A stretch of 60,980 nucleotides of DNA, from the IMG/VR virus record IMGVR_UViG_3300020049_012467. One strand, written 5' to 3'. Below are positions 38,853-48,430 of this stretch, piece by piece. The stretch is from an uncultured virus (IMG/VR IMGVR_UViG_3300020049_012467). Taxonomy: Duplodnaviria; Heunggongvirae; Uroviricota; Caudoviricetes. The position numbers and the translations under genes are program-made. The number at the start of each line of letters is the position of its first letter. Position 1 is the stretch's first letter. The notes under the pieces were generated by a model. It was not told where the DNA came from and searched no databases. It saw nothing but the letters and a program-made list of their open reading frames with translations.

Positions 38853-40250
38853 ATGACCAAAACCAGACCGATGTTCAAAGAAGGCGCCACTGTCCGTTTC
38901 TACCACAGCGGACGCTGGAAGACTGGCATGGTGACGTTCAAGCCGCGCAATCGCACCGGCAATTATTTCATCAGGCCGAACGACAGCCCCAAGTCCAAGC
39001 AGATTTCGTATCCGACCACGCATCCGTCGCTGCACGACGCTGCTGGTCCGAAACTCGTCTGCGTCGGCGGCGGTTTCGAGTGGGAAAAAAAGAAGGACGA
39101 GAAAGCTCCCGCCGTCGCGGTGACGCAGAGCGCCGTCAAGCAGACGATTGGCCGCGTGCATCGGCGCGGGCAGAAAGCCGTTGTGGTTGAGCATGCGGGA
39201 ATGCCCACTACTGGCCGCGTGAAACGTGTGCTGCACAGCAAGGACGCTGAACTGAAAGCTCTCGTGAAGAAAGCTTCGCGCAAAGCGCCGGGAAAAATTT
39301 CCGCAGTTGGCGACGAGATTTCCCACACCGTCTACGACAAGTGGAACACGCCAAAGTTCGACGTGTCTGCGCAAAAAGCGTCCAACGAAGCCGACACGCT
39401 CGGCAATGTGTTTGTGGCGGCGTCCGAAGCCGTCAGGACGAATCCTGAATTGAGGAAGCGTGGCGGGATGGAGTACGCCAAATTCGACGGCATGCGTCTC
39501 TACAAGCACCACGTCTATCTCACCAACCTGAACAACGTCAGCATGAAAAATGCCACGCTGCTTAACGTCAAGATGCGCAACTCTAGGTTTGCGGAAGTCG
39601 ACGCAGAGGGTGTCGACATGCAGCATTGCGACTTTGAGTTTGTCGACATGGCTCGCACCATTTTCAGCAATGGAAAAATTGGTGCGAGCTTCGGCCACGT
39701 AAACCTGAACGACGTGCGGTTCAACGGCGCGGAAATATCGGGCGATGCGCGGTTCATCTACTGCGCGATGGAAGACACTGCCTTCTATGACGCAGTCATG
39801 CAGGGCGTTCACTCGTTCACCGAGTGCAGCCCAATCGACGTGAAAATTTCCAGACTCTTGGCGACGGCTGTTCGCCAATGGTCATCCTACCAGTTCTATC
39901 TGTTCCAGCCTGAAGAATCCCGCAACCCTGACGACTTTATCATCAAGGCTGGGTGTCAGGTGCGGACCATGCGTTCCTACCGTTCGCACTCCGTCAGCAT
40001 TAACGACGGACAGCGCAAGGTTGTCGAGACGAACGACCTGCTCAATTATTTCGACGCAGTGATCGCCACGACGCTCAGCGAGTCGCCCATTGGGGAACGT
40101 GCGCAAAAAATCGTTGACGCTGAAATTGCGCGCTGCGACGCGGAAGACGAAGCCCGCGCCGAACGTGAAAAGGCTGAAAAGGCCAAAGCTGTTGAAACCA
40201 CTGAAGAAGAAGGAAAACCAAAAGCGTTTGGCGTCCAAGCCTTCTCGTGA
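38853..40250 (+). CDS. Protein with degenerate pentapeptide-repeat region
   Basis: AKFDG MRLYK ... TNLNN VSMKN ATLLN VKMRN SRFAE ... VNLND VRFNG AEISG; C-terminal IKAGCQ. Confidence 0.7.
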   Translation: MTKTRPMFKEGATVRFYHSGRWKTGMVTFKPRNRTGNYFIRPNDSPKSKQISYPTTHPSLHDAAGPKLVCVGGGFEWEKKKDEKAPAVAVTQSAVKQTIGRVHRRGQKAVVVEHAGMPTTGRVKRVLHSKDAELKALVKKASRKAPGKISAVGDEISHTVYDKWNTPKFDVSAQKASNEADTLGNVFVAASEAVRTNPELRKRGGMEYAKFDGMRLYKHHVYLTNLNNVSMKNATLLNVKMRNSRFAEVDAEGVDMQHCDFEFVDMARTIFSNGKIGASFGHVNLNDVRFNGAEISGDARFIYCAMEDTAFYDAVMQGVHSFTECSPIDVKISRLLATAVRQWSSYQFYLFQPEESRNPDDFIIKAGCQVRTMRSYRSHSVSINDGQRKVVETNDLLNYFDAVIATTLSESPIGERAQKIVDAEIARCDAEDEARAEREKAEKAKAVETTEEEGKPKAFGVQAFS

Positions 40251-40309
40251 TACACTGACAACACCACCAGACTTTCACAACGCGCAACCGCGCAAACAGG
40301 AGAACTACC

Positions 40310-40729
40310 ATGGGTAAAAAATTCACCATCCGCCCCGTCAAGCAGGATCAACGCCAAGAGGACAACGGCGTCCACTACATCGAAGTCTTCTATCGCCGCA
40401 AGCGCATCGGCCTGATCTGCCGCCACGAAGCCGAAGACGATGTGAAATTTTACTTCACCGACGCCATCGACTTCCCGTACCCGTTCCCGCGCGACATGGC
40501 TTCGTTCCCGACGAAGAAGGACGCCATGACCTTCATCAAGAAGACGCACAAGGCCAAGGTTGCGCAGGCGCGCAACGAAGTCGTTCGCTACGTCACCAGC
40601 TTGGTTGAATCCGGCGTGACGGATGCGGGCCTTCGCGACTACCTCAACGGTGTCCGCAAGGAAGTGAAGAAGCTGACGAAGAAAAAAATCCAGCCGACGC
40701 CGTTGCAGATTCGCACGAAAGCGGCCTGA
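40310..40729 (+). CDS. Hypothetical protein
   Basis: AGGAG RBS; terminator at ~40756-40787. Confidence 0.7.
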   Translation: MGKKFTIRPVKQDQRQEDNGVHYIEVFYRRKRIGLICRHEAEDDVKFYFTDAIDFPYPFPRDMASFPTKKDAMTFIKKTHKAKVAQARNEVVRYVTSLVESGVTDAGLRDYLNGVRKEVKKLTKKKIQPTPLQIRTKAA

Positions 40730-40831
40730 TCACTTTCCACTTCCGACTGACAGAGAGCCCGGCCGCTGCAAAGCGCGCCGGGTTTTCTATTTGCGGTAAA
40801 TACAGGTCTGAGGAATTCCTCACCACCCACG

Positions 40832-41701
40832 ATGGAGAAATATTTCATGAGCTTTGCTTCCATGGGTCGCGTCTGTCTTTCGGGCAAGGGCACGCGCGGC
40901 ACTGTTATTGTTCCCGGCGTCAAGCAGACAAGCGTTCTGTTCGACGGCGAGAAAGCCCCGCGCGACGTTCCGACCGCGAAACTCGCCGGGCAACGCGGAC
41001 GCACCAGCGCTGACGTGAAGGCTCGCGCGGAAAAATTCGTCAAGGCTGCAAAGAAGTCTGGCGCCCTGAAAGCCGCGCCTGTCGCCGCCAAAGCGCCGCC
41101 GAAGGCTGCACAGAAAGCCGCCAAGGCTGCCAAGCAGCAGAAGAAGGTCGAAGCCAAGACTGCCAAGAAGGCCAGCAAGGTTTCCAAATTTTCCGGATCG
41201 AAACTCTCGCCGTCCAAACCGTCTTCCAGCAAGATGGGCGGCTCCAAGATGGGCGGAAGCCGCATGGGGAGCATGATGGGCTCCAAGAAAAAATCCAAAG
41301 CTGTTGTCGAGGATGACGAGTTTGAAGACGACGAACTCGAAGACGACGGCGGCATTGAAGACGAAGAAGACTTCCCCATCGATGGCGACGACGATTTCGA
41401 GGATGAAGACGAAGACGAGGAAGAAGAAGACCTTGAAGACGTAGAGGACGAAGAAGACGAGGACGTTGAGGAATCCGACGAGGACGAAGACGAAGATTCC
41501 GACGACGACTTTGAAGACGAGTCGGAAGACGAAGAGGAAGAAGAACTCGACGAAGACGAGGACGAAGATTTTTCCGACGATGACGAGGAAGAAGAAGCCG
41601 AAGACGATGAAGACGAGGACTTTGAGGACGAGGACGACGAGCCTGCGCCCAAGAAGAAATCGAAATTCTCCGTGATGGGCAAGAAGCGCTCGCGTCTCTG
41701 A
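40832..41701 (+). CDS. Protein with H1-like Lys/Ala region and long Asp/Glu tract
   Basis: KAAQKAAKAAKQQKK..., then >100 mostly D/E residues and a basic tail. Start may be 40847 (GGAG RBS). Confidence 0.8.
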   Translation: MEKYFMSFASMGRVCLSGKGTRGTVIVPGVKQTSVLFDGEKAPRDVPTAKLAGQRGRTSADVKARAEKFVKAAKKSGALKAAPVAAKAPPKAAQKAAKAAKQQKKVEAKTAKKASKVSKFSGSKLSPSKPSSSKMGGSKMGGSRMGSMMGSKKKSKAVVEDDEFEDDELEDDGGIEDEEDFPIDGDDDFEDEDEDEEEEDLEDVEDEEDEDVEESDEDEDEDSDDDFEDESEDEEEEELDEDEDEDFSDDDEEEEAEDDEDEDFEDEDDEPAPKKKSKFSVMGKKRSRL

Positions 41702-41724
41702 TTGCACCACGACACAAAATGAAG

Positions 41725-41757
41725 AAACGCCGTGTGGGAAACTGCACGGCGTTTTTC
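41725..41757 (+). terminator. Intrinsic terminator
   Basis: AAACGCCGTG-loop-CACGGCGTTTTT. Confidence 0.8.
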
Positions 41758-41805
41758 GTCTCAACGCGCGCGTGTAGTATCGAAACAAATGTCCGTACCC
41801 GGCGT

Positions 41806-42375
41806 TTACGCGGTACGAGTGCGATAAGTTGTTGAGCTTGGGTAGGCTACTTTGGCGGTTACGACTTTTGGATTGAACTTGTGGTATTTTTTCTTACCTT
41901 CCGCGTAGGCCGAAACGGCTTCTTCTTTCGTCGGGTGATAACCAAGGCTTTTCTGCTTGTTGCCGACGTAAACGAATGCCCTCCATCGGCCGCTGGCCTT
42001 GTGGAAACTCACTCCGGTACTGCCAGACGTGTTATTCAACGACACGGAACGGTTTTGTTGATTGCCGCGTCTCTCAGGCCGCAAATTTTTTATCCTATTG
42101 TTGGATCGATTGCGGTCCTTGTGATCGAGTTTTCCTTTGGGCCATCTGCCATGGTGCAGACACCACGCAAGATGATGGCAGTACACGAGGATTCTTTTAA
42201 TGGACAGCACGCGATAACCGAACGTGTTGATCTTCCCTGCCACGTCACCAACTTTCTTCGGATACTTTCCGTGTACGGCTTTTTTGTAGCGTATGACGCC
42301 AGTTCTCGGGTTGTATGAAAATAGTTCGGCAATAAGTGCCGGTGAGATAGTGCTGGCTTTAAGCGCTTGAGCCAT
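41806..42375 (-). mobile_element. Free-standing HNH homing endonuclease with AP2 domain
   Basis: HHLAW...LDHKDRNRSNNRIKNLR; NTSGSTGVSFH...WRA...LG....EEA..AY; AT-richer than flanks and antisense to the operon. Confidence 0.88.
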
Positions 42376-42440
42376 ATGAGTTTTCCTTTTTTACGCGTGG
42401 TAGGATCAAGGTTGGCTTCTACAACCATGGTAGATTAGTC

Positions 42441-42460
42441 TTTTTACCATATGGTAATTT
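42441..42460. promoter_or_regulatory. Palindromic double promoter element
   Basis: TTACCATATGGTAA puts TATGGTAA on both strands between the divergent HNH and RNR genes. Confidence 0.45.
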
Positions 42461-42563
42461 GCGTCTGCAAATGATGGGTTAAACACGGGTAGCGCCCAAG
42501 TAATCTGTGATCCACACGCGATACACATCGCACGTTCCAACAAAAAATCAGGTGAGTATTTAG

Positions 42564-45203
42564 ATGCCTCTGTCCGATAGCGCAACGCCCTTCTCTATCC
42601 CTGAAACACGACAGCACGTCGAAGAACTGATGCGAGACTTTGACGACCGTGTGTTGCCCAATCTGACTGAACGTATCTACGATGTGCCTGAAGGAATGGC
42701 GCGAAGCGTCTGGCAGAATAAATATTCCCGCCGCAAAGACGACAAGACGTTCCAGAACTGGAGCGAGCGCGTGCGTGAAGTCGTCGCCGGTTCCTTCATG
42801 CTCGATCCGCCGACCCGCCTCGACGCTGGTCATCCGGGCGAAACGCAATACACCAAGCAGGAGTTCGAAGATACGCTGGCGCTTTCTCTCGCAGGCGTTA
42901 TGGCGTACTCGGGCCGTCACCTTCAGCACGGCGATTGGGATCAGCCCAACAAGAAGATTGAAAAGTTTTCCAACTGCTCCACCGGAATTTTTTCTTTCAT
43001 GACGTTCAAGCTCGGCCTCGACGGTTCCGGCGTCGGCTCCGACTACTCCAACGCCACGCGCCGCACGAATTGGGACAACATGCCGTATGTCCGCGTTGTG
43101 CTCGATGCTTCGCACCCGGACTTCGGCAAGGCGTTCAACGAGTTCTCAGGCGGCTTCGACTCACTCGCTGAAGCGAGACTGAAATATCCCAGCGAAAGCG
43201 AGGCTGTTCGCTGGTTCGACGTTGAAGACACTGTTGAAGGATGGGTCAGCGCAATTGCAGCGCTCGAAACTGCCGCCTTCCACGAGAAGCACAAGGAAAA
43301 AACCTTCATCTTCAACTTTACGCCGGTTCGCAGCGAAGGCACGCCGATCAAAGGTCAGCAAGGTCGCCCCGCGTCCGGTCCAATTCCGCTCATGCGCGCA
43401 TTCCTCAAAGTCGCGTCCATTCGCGGCTCTGGCATGCCTCCGTGGAAGCAAGCTCTGTTCATCGATCATTATTTGGCGGCGTCTACAATCCTCGGCGGCG
43501 TTCGCCGCATGGCGCGCATGGCGACAAAGTGGTGGAAAGACCCGGACATTCTGGAATTTATTCGCATCAAGCGCAACGTGAAGGAAACGGGCGTGCTGTG
43601 GACTGCGAACCATTCCATTCTCGTGGATGCAGAGTTTTGGGAACAGGCGAAAGACCCGCGCACCGACGCCGCGCTTATTTTCCAAGCCGCAACCGCCGCC
43701 GCTTTCATGGATCGTTCGGGCGAGCCGGGCTTCATCAACGTGGACAAGCTGAACCAGCGCCGCGACACGCTCAACGAAATCACGGCTGAAAACTACCTCA
43801 ATCCCGACTACGGCTTCAACTTCCACCAGAAGACGCTGGAAATGTGCGCCAAGGTTTTGGGGATTGTGAAGAAGCAGAAATATTTCATGATCGTCAATCC
43901 GTGCGCGGAAATCTCGCTGGCGAGCTACGGCGGTTATTGCCTTGTGGCCGATGTGAACGGCGCCCGAGTCGACACCAAGGCAGAGTTCATCAAGGCGTGC
44001 GGCCTCATGGCGAAATTTTTGGTTCGCACCAACCGCATGAAGGCAATGTATAAGGCCGAAACCCTGCGGACCAACCGCATCGGCGTCTCTCTGCTCGGCA
44101 TTCACGAAATGGCGTGGAACATGTTCAACATGACGTTCCACGACCTGATCAAATATTATTCGATGCTGATGGACTACACGGAAGACCAACTGCGTGTCAT
44201 AGCGGCCGACCTTGATCAGCCTTATGCTGTTCGCAACGCTATCAACTTCTGGACTCTGCTGTCCGACGCCCGCGATGAAGTCGAACGCGAAGCTGAAAAA
44301 TATTCCGGCTTCCTCGGCATGCGCAAGCCCGACACTGCAACCTGCCTGAAGCCGGGCGGCACTGTGTCGAAAATTTTCGTCACAACGGAAAGCGCCAACC
44401 TTCCGGCGTATCTCTACTACATGCGCTGGGTGCAGTACGAGAAAGACCTGCCGGGCCAGATTGGCAATCCGGCGCTGCAAGACCTGATCGATCGCGGATA
44501 TCCGATTCAGGACATTTCGCAAACGCTGCAATACCCCGGCAAGGTTGTCGTCGGCTTCCCGACCATGCAGCCAATCGCGGAAAAAATGGGCAGCCTGCTC
44601 GTCTGCGCTTCGGAGGCATCGCCGGAACAGCACTACATGTGGCTTCGCCTTCTGGAAAAATTCTGGCTTGGCGGCGTCAACGAAGACGGCTCGATCCGCA
44701 ACAACATGATTTCCTACACGCTCAAGTTCCAAGCCAAGTCGGACGATCAACCCAACGGCGTCAGCTACGAGGAATTCCGCGAAACCATTCTCACATGGCA
44801 GTCGCAAATCCGTTGCTGCTCGTTCGACGCATCGCAGAGCATTGGCGAACTCAAGTCGGCGCACGCCTACCTGCCGGAAGAACCGATCAACAAAGAGAAA
44901 TATTTCTCGATGCTCAAGTCGATCCGTCGCGTCGATGCTGAAGCCTACGACAACAACTCGCTGCAATGCGCTTCCGGCATCTGCCCCATCGAGGAAGATC
45001 GCTTCGAGGCTCCGGAACTGACTCACGAAGCCAGCACCATCTGGAACGCCGCGAACGAAGGAATTTCCAATTCCATCGATCCCGCCAACAAGGAAAAAAT
45101 TGACGGCATCACAATGTTTGGGACGCTTCTCGACGGTTCCCCAAAACATCTGGACAACGATTTGCTGTTCCCTGACGAAGCAGAAAGGCTGCAAAAAGCC
45201 TGA
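42564..45203 (+). CDS. nrdJ: Class II (B12-dependent) ribonucleotide reductase
   Basis: SGRHL, FSNC, GSGVG, GGVRRMA, GEPGF, NPCAEI, RIGVS, TCLKPGGTVS and C-terminal CASGICP; no small subunit nearby. Confidence 0.9.
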   Translation: MPLSDSATPFSIPETRQHVEELMRDFDDRVLPNLTERIYDVPEGMARSVWQNKYSRRKDDKTFQNWSERVREVVAGSFMLDPPTRLDAGHPGETQYTKQEFEDTLALSLAGVMAYSGRHLQHGDWDQPNKKIEKFSNCSTGIFSFMTFKLGLDGSGVGSDYSNATRRTNWDNMPYVRVVLDASHPDFGKAFNEFSGGFDSLAEARLKYPSESEAVRWFDVEDTVEGWVSAIAALETAAFHEKHKEKTFIFNFTPVRSEGTPIKGQQGRPASGPIPLMRAFLKVASIRGSGMPPWKQALFIDHYLAASTILGGVRRMARMATKWWKDPDILEFIRIKRNVKETGVLWTANHSILVDAEFWEQAKDPRTDAALIFQAATAAAFMDRSGEPGFINVDKLNQRRDTLNEITAENYLNPDYGFNFHQKTLEMCAKVLGIVKKQKYFMIVNPCAEISLASYGGYCLVADVNGARVDTKAEFIKACGLMAKFLVRTNRMKAMYKAETLRTNRIGVSLLGIHEMAWNMFNMTFHDLIKYYSMLMDYTEDQLRVIAADLDQPYAVRNAINFWTLLSDARDEVEREAEKYSGFLGMRKPDTATCLKPGGTVSKIFVTTESANLPAYLYYMRWVQYEKDLPGQIGNPALQDLIDRGYPIQDISQTLQYPGKVVVGFPTMQPIAEKMGSLLVCASEASPEQHYMWLRLLEKFWLGGVNEDGSIRNNMISYTLKFQAKSDDQPNGVSYEEFRETILTWQSQIRCCSFDASQSIGELKSAHAYLPEEPINKEKYFSMLKSIRRVDAEAYDNNSLQCASGICPIEEDRFEAPELTHEASTIWNAANEGISNSIDPANKEKIDGITMFGTLLDGSPKHLDNDLLFPDEAERLQKA

Positions 45204-45307
45204 TTTGCTGGGCTTTCGAACCCTTTTGCAGCTTTGCGTTGACGCAGGGTCGGCAAAAGGGTAAAGTCCTCGATGCGTAAAGCAGGGTGGCTTTGCGCAG
45301 GCCCGCT

Positions 45308-45503
45308 GCGAACTGGAAATATTGGGTGGTTCCTTCATTTCCAGTTTGCGCGTCTCAGACCCGCCGGGATTGCCGTCGCCCCTTTCTGGTGTCCCGGCGG
45401 GTCGCATGAGAAGAAAAAATTAGTTCAGTGGTTCCATGCCCCCCCGACGTCCCCGCCACTGGACAAATGGAACAGCCCGGTAGCTTTTGCGCCGGGCTGT
45501 TTT
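45308..45503 (+). ncRNA. Candidate small RNA(s): three hairpins with C-rich loops plus terminator
   Basis: AACTGGAAAT/ATTTCCAGTT; GACCCGCCGGGA/TCCCGGCGGGTC; TTCAGTGG/CCACTGGA; AACAGCCCGG/CCGGGCTGTTTT. Confidence 0.5.
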
Positions 45504-45594
45504 CCGTTTCAAATCGGCCTTTTCAGCGTCCTGTTTGTCGTGCGTCTGCGTTTGTGCTAAATTCACATTGCGCATTGATCCGAGGGACGCCGCA

Positions 45595-45840
45595 ATGAAA
45601 GCCTTCTTCCATACAGACGAACACCGCCGCAGCCGTCTTGCGCAGTTGGAAAATTTTCTAACTGACATGGACATTCCAGACAACAGGCGCGGCGTGAACA
45701 CTGAAGCCAGTCTGGAATGGCTCGGCCGCAACATGTTTGTGCGCAACAAGAACCACAGGAATTTTTTCGAAGCCGCTGTAGCGCTCGATGCGCTTGGCGT
45801 CGCCGTGACTGGAACGCGACTGACGGGGAAACGCGGATGA
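45595..45840 (+). CDS. Hypothetical protein
   Basis: GAGGG RBS; first gene of a coupled small-gene operon. Confidence 0.6.
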   Translation: MKAFFHTDEHRRSRLAQLENFLTDMDIPDNRRGVNTEASLEWLGRNMFVRNKNHRNFFEAAVALDALGVAVTGTRLTGKRG

Positions 45841-46112
45841 TTACGTGGTGGCAGATTGGGCTGATGTGCGGGCAACTGGCGCGAACGTCTACTCGGGAAG
45901 ATGACGGCTTCATTCGAGGCTTTGTGCGTGAGCGGGATTTCCTGCCGTTGCCGTGGCGCAACATGAAACCCACACCTGTTCTCAGCAGATGCGGTCAGTA
46001 CAATAATTATTTGCCGCCGCCGATACCGGATCGCATCCGCAATGCGCAGCGGCAGGCAATCAAGGATTTCACGGACGGTTTTCGCACCGGGCGAAACGAC
46101 AGGGAGTTGTAG
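45837..46112 (+). CDS. Hypothetical protein
   Basis: ATGA overlap. Confidence 0.5.
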   Translation: MITWWQIGLMCGQLARTSTREDDGFIRGFVRERDFLPLPWRNMKPTPVLSRCGQYNNYLPPPIPDRIRNAQRQAIKDFTDGFRTGRNDREL

Positions 46113-46114
46113 CC

Positions 46115-46357
46115 ATGCTGAAATTTTCTTTCGACAACTCTGAGCGCAAGTTCACCGAAGCTTTCATCAAGAGAGCGCGGAAACAGGTGGGCAAGACGCT
46201 GGAAGTCGGCGTCGGCGGCGTGCGCTCGTCGTCTGGTCTTACGGCGTCACTGGCAATCGAGTGGTTCGAGGAACGAAATATTTCCTATCACCTAGTCGTC
46301 TCTGCCGAAGACAATGGGTTCAGAATGTACTACGTTGGACATGGGAACGGATCATGA
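46115..46357 (+). CDS. Hypothetical protein
   Basis: GGAG RBS. Confidence 0.6.
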   Translation: MLKFSFDNSERKFTEAFIKRARKQVGKTLEVGVGGVRSSSGLTASLAIEWFEERNISYHLVVSAEDNGFRMYYVGHGNGS

Positions 46358-46581
46358 CTGATTTTTTCGTAAACGTGGCTCTAAGGATTGGAAAAGCCTT
46401 GTGCTGCGCGATGGCGGCTGCGATTGCAGTGTACCTCACTACGGCTTTCAGTACAGACTGCTCAAAAGCCCTCAGCGTCCCGTCCGTAATTGTTCTCGTA
46501 ACAGCAATGGTTGTTTGCTGCGTCGCAGCGCTGGGGTTTTCGTTTGCAGTGTTTGCAACTCTGTTTGGGTGGAAGTCATGA
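46354..46581 (+). CDS. Small membrane protein
   Basis: Two hydrophobic segments; ATGA overlaps. Confidence 0.55.
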   Translation: MTDFFVNVALRIGKALCCAMAAAIAVYLTTAFSTDCSKALSVPSVIVLVTAMVVCCVAALGFSFAVFATLFGWKS

Positions 46582-46871
46582 CGACAAATAATTTCATCGT
46601 CGGTGTGAATGCGCTGTGTTTGCAGGAAGCGCCTCTGGACGCGGGCAGCAATCACTTGATCGACGGCTCAAAACCAATGTGGGAGGTAATGCCGCCTGCG
46701 TGGGTGTTCAACGCAATATTTTCTCAGAGGGTCAAGATCATCCGCATGCCCGGAAGTCCGTACGCCCACCTGAGCGTCAGCGCTGAAGACGGCGTCAAGA
46801 TTTGCGAGCCCGGCGATTGGCTCGTGCAGCGTGAGAATGGCAACGTGGACGTTGTGGAAGGGGCGAAGTGA
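46578..46871 (+). CDS. Hypothetical phage protein
   Basis: DG...EPGDWLV..ENG pattern. Confidence 0.6.
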   Translation: MTTNNFIVGVNALCLQEAPLDAGSNHLIDGSKPMWEVMPPAWVFNAIFSQRVKIIRMPGSPYAHLSVSAEDGVKICEPGDWLVQRENGNVDVVEGAK

Positions 46872-47233
46872 TGACAACCGAGCTAATTCGAACCAGCAAT
46901 GGCGATCAAATCATCATTGACGGAAAAATATTCGTCGGTCCGAACCGCATGCTTGGCCTTGTCGTGTCCAAGGACTCGCTAGAAAAGCCCGGTGACATTG
47001 TGGCAGAGTCACCAGTAGGCGGAAAAATTGTCGTCCGCAATCTTCTGGCGTGGTCTGGCGACACGTTGCGCGATGTGGTTGTCGCCATGAAGACGCAGAT
47101 GATCCTCGATCACATGATCAAGGAAAACCAAGCGGCTACCATCAAAGACCTGACGGAAAAACTAGCAAAAGTCGAAGCCCAAGCCGACAGTCTGCAAGAC
47201 CAACTCAACTTTACGGTGGATGACGGGAAATGA
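46868..47233 (+). CDS. Hypothetical protein with coiled-coil C-terminus
   Basis: Coupled ORF. Confidence 0.6.
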   Translation: MMTTELIRTSNGDQIIIDGKIFVGPNRMLGLVVSKDSLEKPGDIVAESPVGGKIVVRNLLAWSGDTLRDVVVAMKTQMILDHMIKENQAATIKDLTEKLAKVEAQADSLQDQLNFTVDDGK

Positions 47234-47325
47234 AAATTCCCCGCATTCTGAAATCGAAAGCGTTTTGGGGCGGCTTTTGGGATGGCTTCACCGCTTGGAA
47301 GTATCTGTTCCGCAGGAGGAAATGA
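47230..47325 (+). CDS. 31-aa peptide
   Basis: MKIPRILKSKAFWGGFWDGFTAWKYLFRRRK; ATGA overlaps on both sides. Confidence 0.45.
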   Translation: MKIPRILKSKAFWGGFWDGFTAWKYLFRRRK

Positions 47326-47741
47326 TGACTATGAAGATTGGGAAAAAATTCGAGGAAGGCCAGATTGTATACGGCATCTTCCATTCCAGCCATCAGATCG
47401 ACGTGATTGAAGGCGTCGTGACGAAATCGAAACTGGTGCGCGCAACCTTTGACGGACGGCGCAGCATTTTCGGAAAGGCGCGTGTCTGGCGGACTGTCGC
47501 AGTCTTCAAGAACAAGTTCGACAGTAGGCAGTCCGTCACCATGATACGTCACGGCGAAAGTCTGGAATTTTTCCAAACAAAGCTGGAAGCGTACGAGGAA
47601 CTTGAGCGGTTGCACAACAACGCCGTTCAGGCTCTCAGGACACGCATCAACTGGTACGAGGACAACAACCAGTTGTCGCTCAATCGTCTGGAACGGATGC
47701 GCAAGGAAAATAATTCTCCAACAGGAAGGCTTTCGCTGTGA
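47322..47741 (+). CDS. Hypothetical protein
   Basis: AGGAGG RBS. Confidence 0.65.
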   Translation: MMTMKIGKKFEEGQIVYGIFHSSHQIDVIEGVVTKSKLVRATFDGRRSIFGKARVWRTVAVFKNKFDSRQSVTMIRHGESLEFFQTKLEAYEELERLHNNAVQALRTRINWYEDNNQLSLNRLERMRKENNSPTGRLSL

Positions 47742-47935
47742 CGGATATCATTCGCGTCTTTGCTGGCGCCGCCAGCTTTCTCCTGCTGTGTTTCGGGGTC
47801 CACCTGTGGCGCACGCGCTTTATGTGGCGCTATCAGGATCGTGTCTTCCGAACGCTCACCAGCTACGTCCTCTACAATATTTTCTTTCTGGCGTTGCTGG
47901 CGATATGCATCTTCTGGCCGGTTCCGTCGCCGTGA
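47738..47935 (+). CDS. Small two-TM protein
   Basis: Hydrophobic segments; GTGA overlap. Confidence 0.55.
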   Translation: MTDIIRVFAGAASFLLLCFGVHLWRTRFMWRYQDRVFRTLTSYVLYNIFFLALLAICIFWPVPSP

Positions 47936-48159
47936 CTGAAGCGGAGCGCATGGAGTGGACGCGCTACATTGAGGGTACGCTTCAGGGCTCATGCGAAATA
48001 ATTGAAGGCGGGGAGTACGAACACCTGCTGGACAATCAAGAGTTCTGTGACTTGCTCGACAGCCTGATCTTCTGCTGCGAAGTGTGCGACTGGTGGTGCG
48101 AAGTATCGGAAAAATCTGGCGACCGTCCGGTTTGTCTTGACTGCGAGGACGAGGAATAA
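47932..48159 (+). CDS. Small Zn-binding protein
   Basis: CEVCDWW...CLDC. Confidence 0.6.
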   Translation: MTEAERMEWTRYIEGTLQGSCEIIEGGEYEHLLDNQEFCDLLDSLIFCCEVCDWWCEVSEKSGDRPVCLDCEDEE

Positions 48160-48164
48160 TTTTC

Positions 48165-48371
48165 ATGACTGAAGCAGTTGCGACTGTAATACTGCGCTAC
48201 GATGAAGGCGTCTACGGCGATGACGAGACTATGAGCATCCACGGCGTCTACCTCAACCCGTTGGAGGCAGCCAACGTTCTGAAAGACCTCAAGACTGAAG
48301 CCGCCAATCGTCCAAGATTTCCTGCCGGGTACTCGCGTTATGTAGGCATGCCGGGGAAAATTATCGAATGA
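48165..48371 (+). CDS. Hypothetical protein
   Basis: GAGG RBS. Confidence 0.6.
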   Translation: MTEAVATVILRYDEGVYGDDETMSIHGVYLNPLEAANVLKDLKTEAANRPRFPAGYSRYVGMPGKIIE

Positions 48372-48430
48372 CCGTCTACGTCGATCAGATGGCAGTGAAG
48401 GCTCCGCACCTGAAAGGGCGTCAGGCTTGA
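48368..48430 (+). pseudogene. Orphaned 5' fragment of the DUF4031 gene
   Basis: MTVYVDQMAVKAPHLKGRQA*, 13/20 identical to the N-terminus at 48947. Confidence 0.8.

Noticed and set aside
42564..45203. Intein or intron in nrdJ
   Set aside because: The ORF is continuous, motifs are in the expected order, and no intein N- or C-terminal signature was seen.
45240..45503. tRNA genes in the structured intergenic regions (also 25060-25184 and 32800-32912)
   Set aside because: No cloverleaf, GTTCGA T-loop or CCA end could be fitted.
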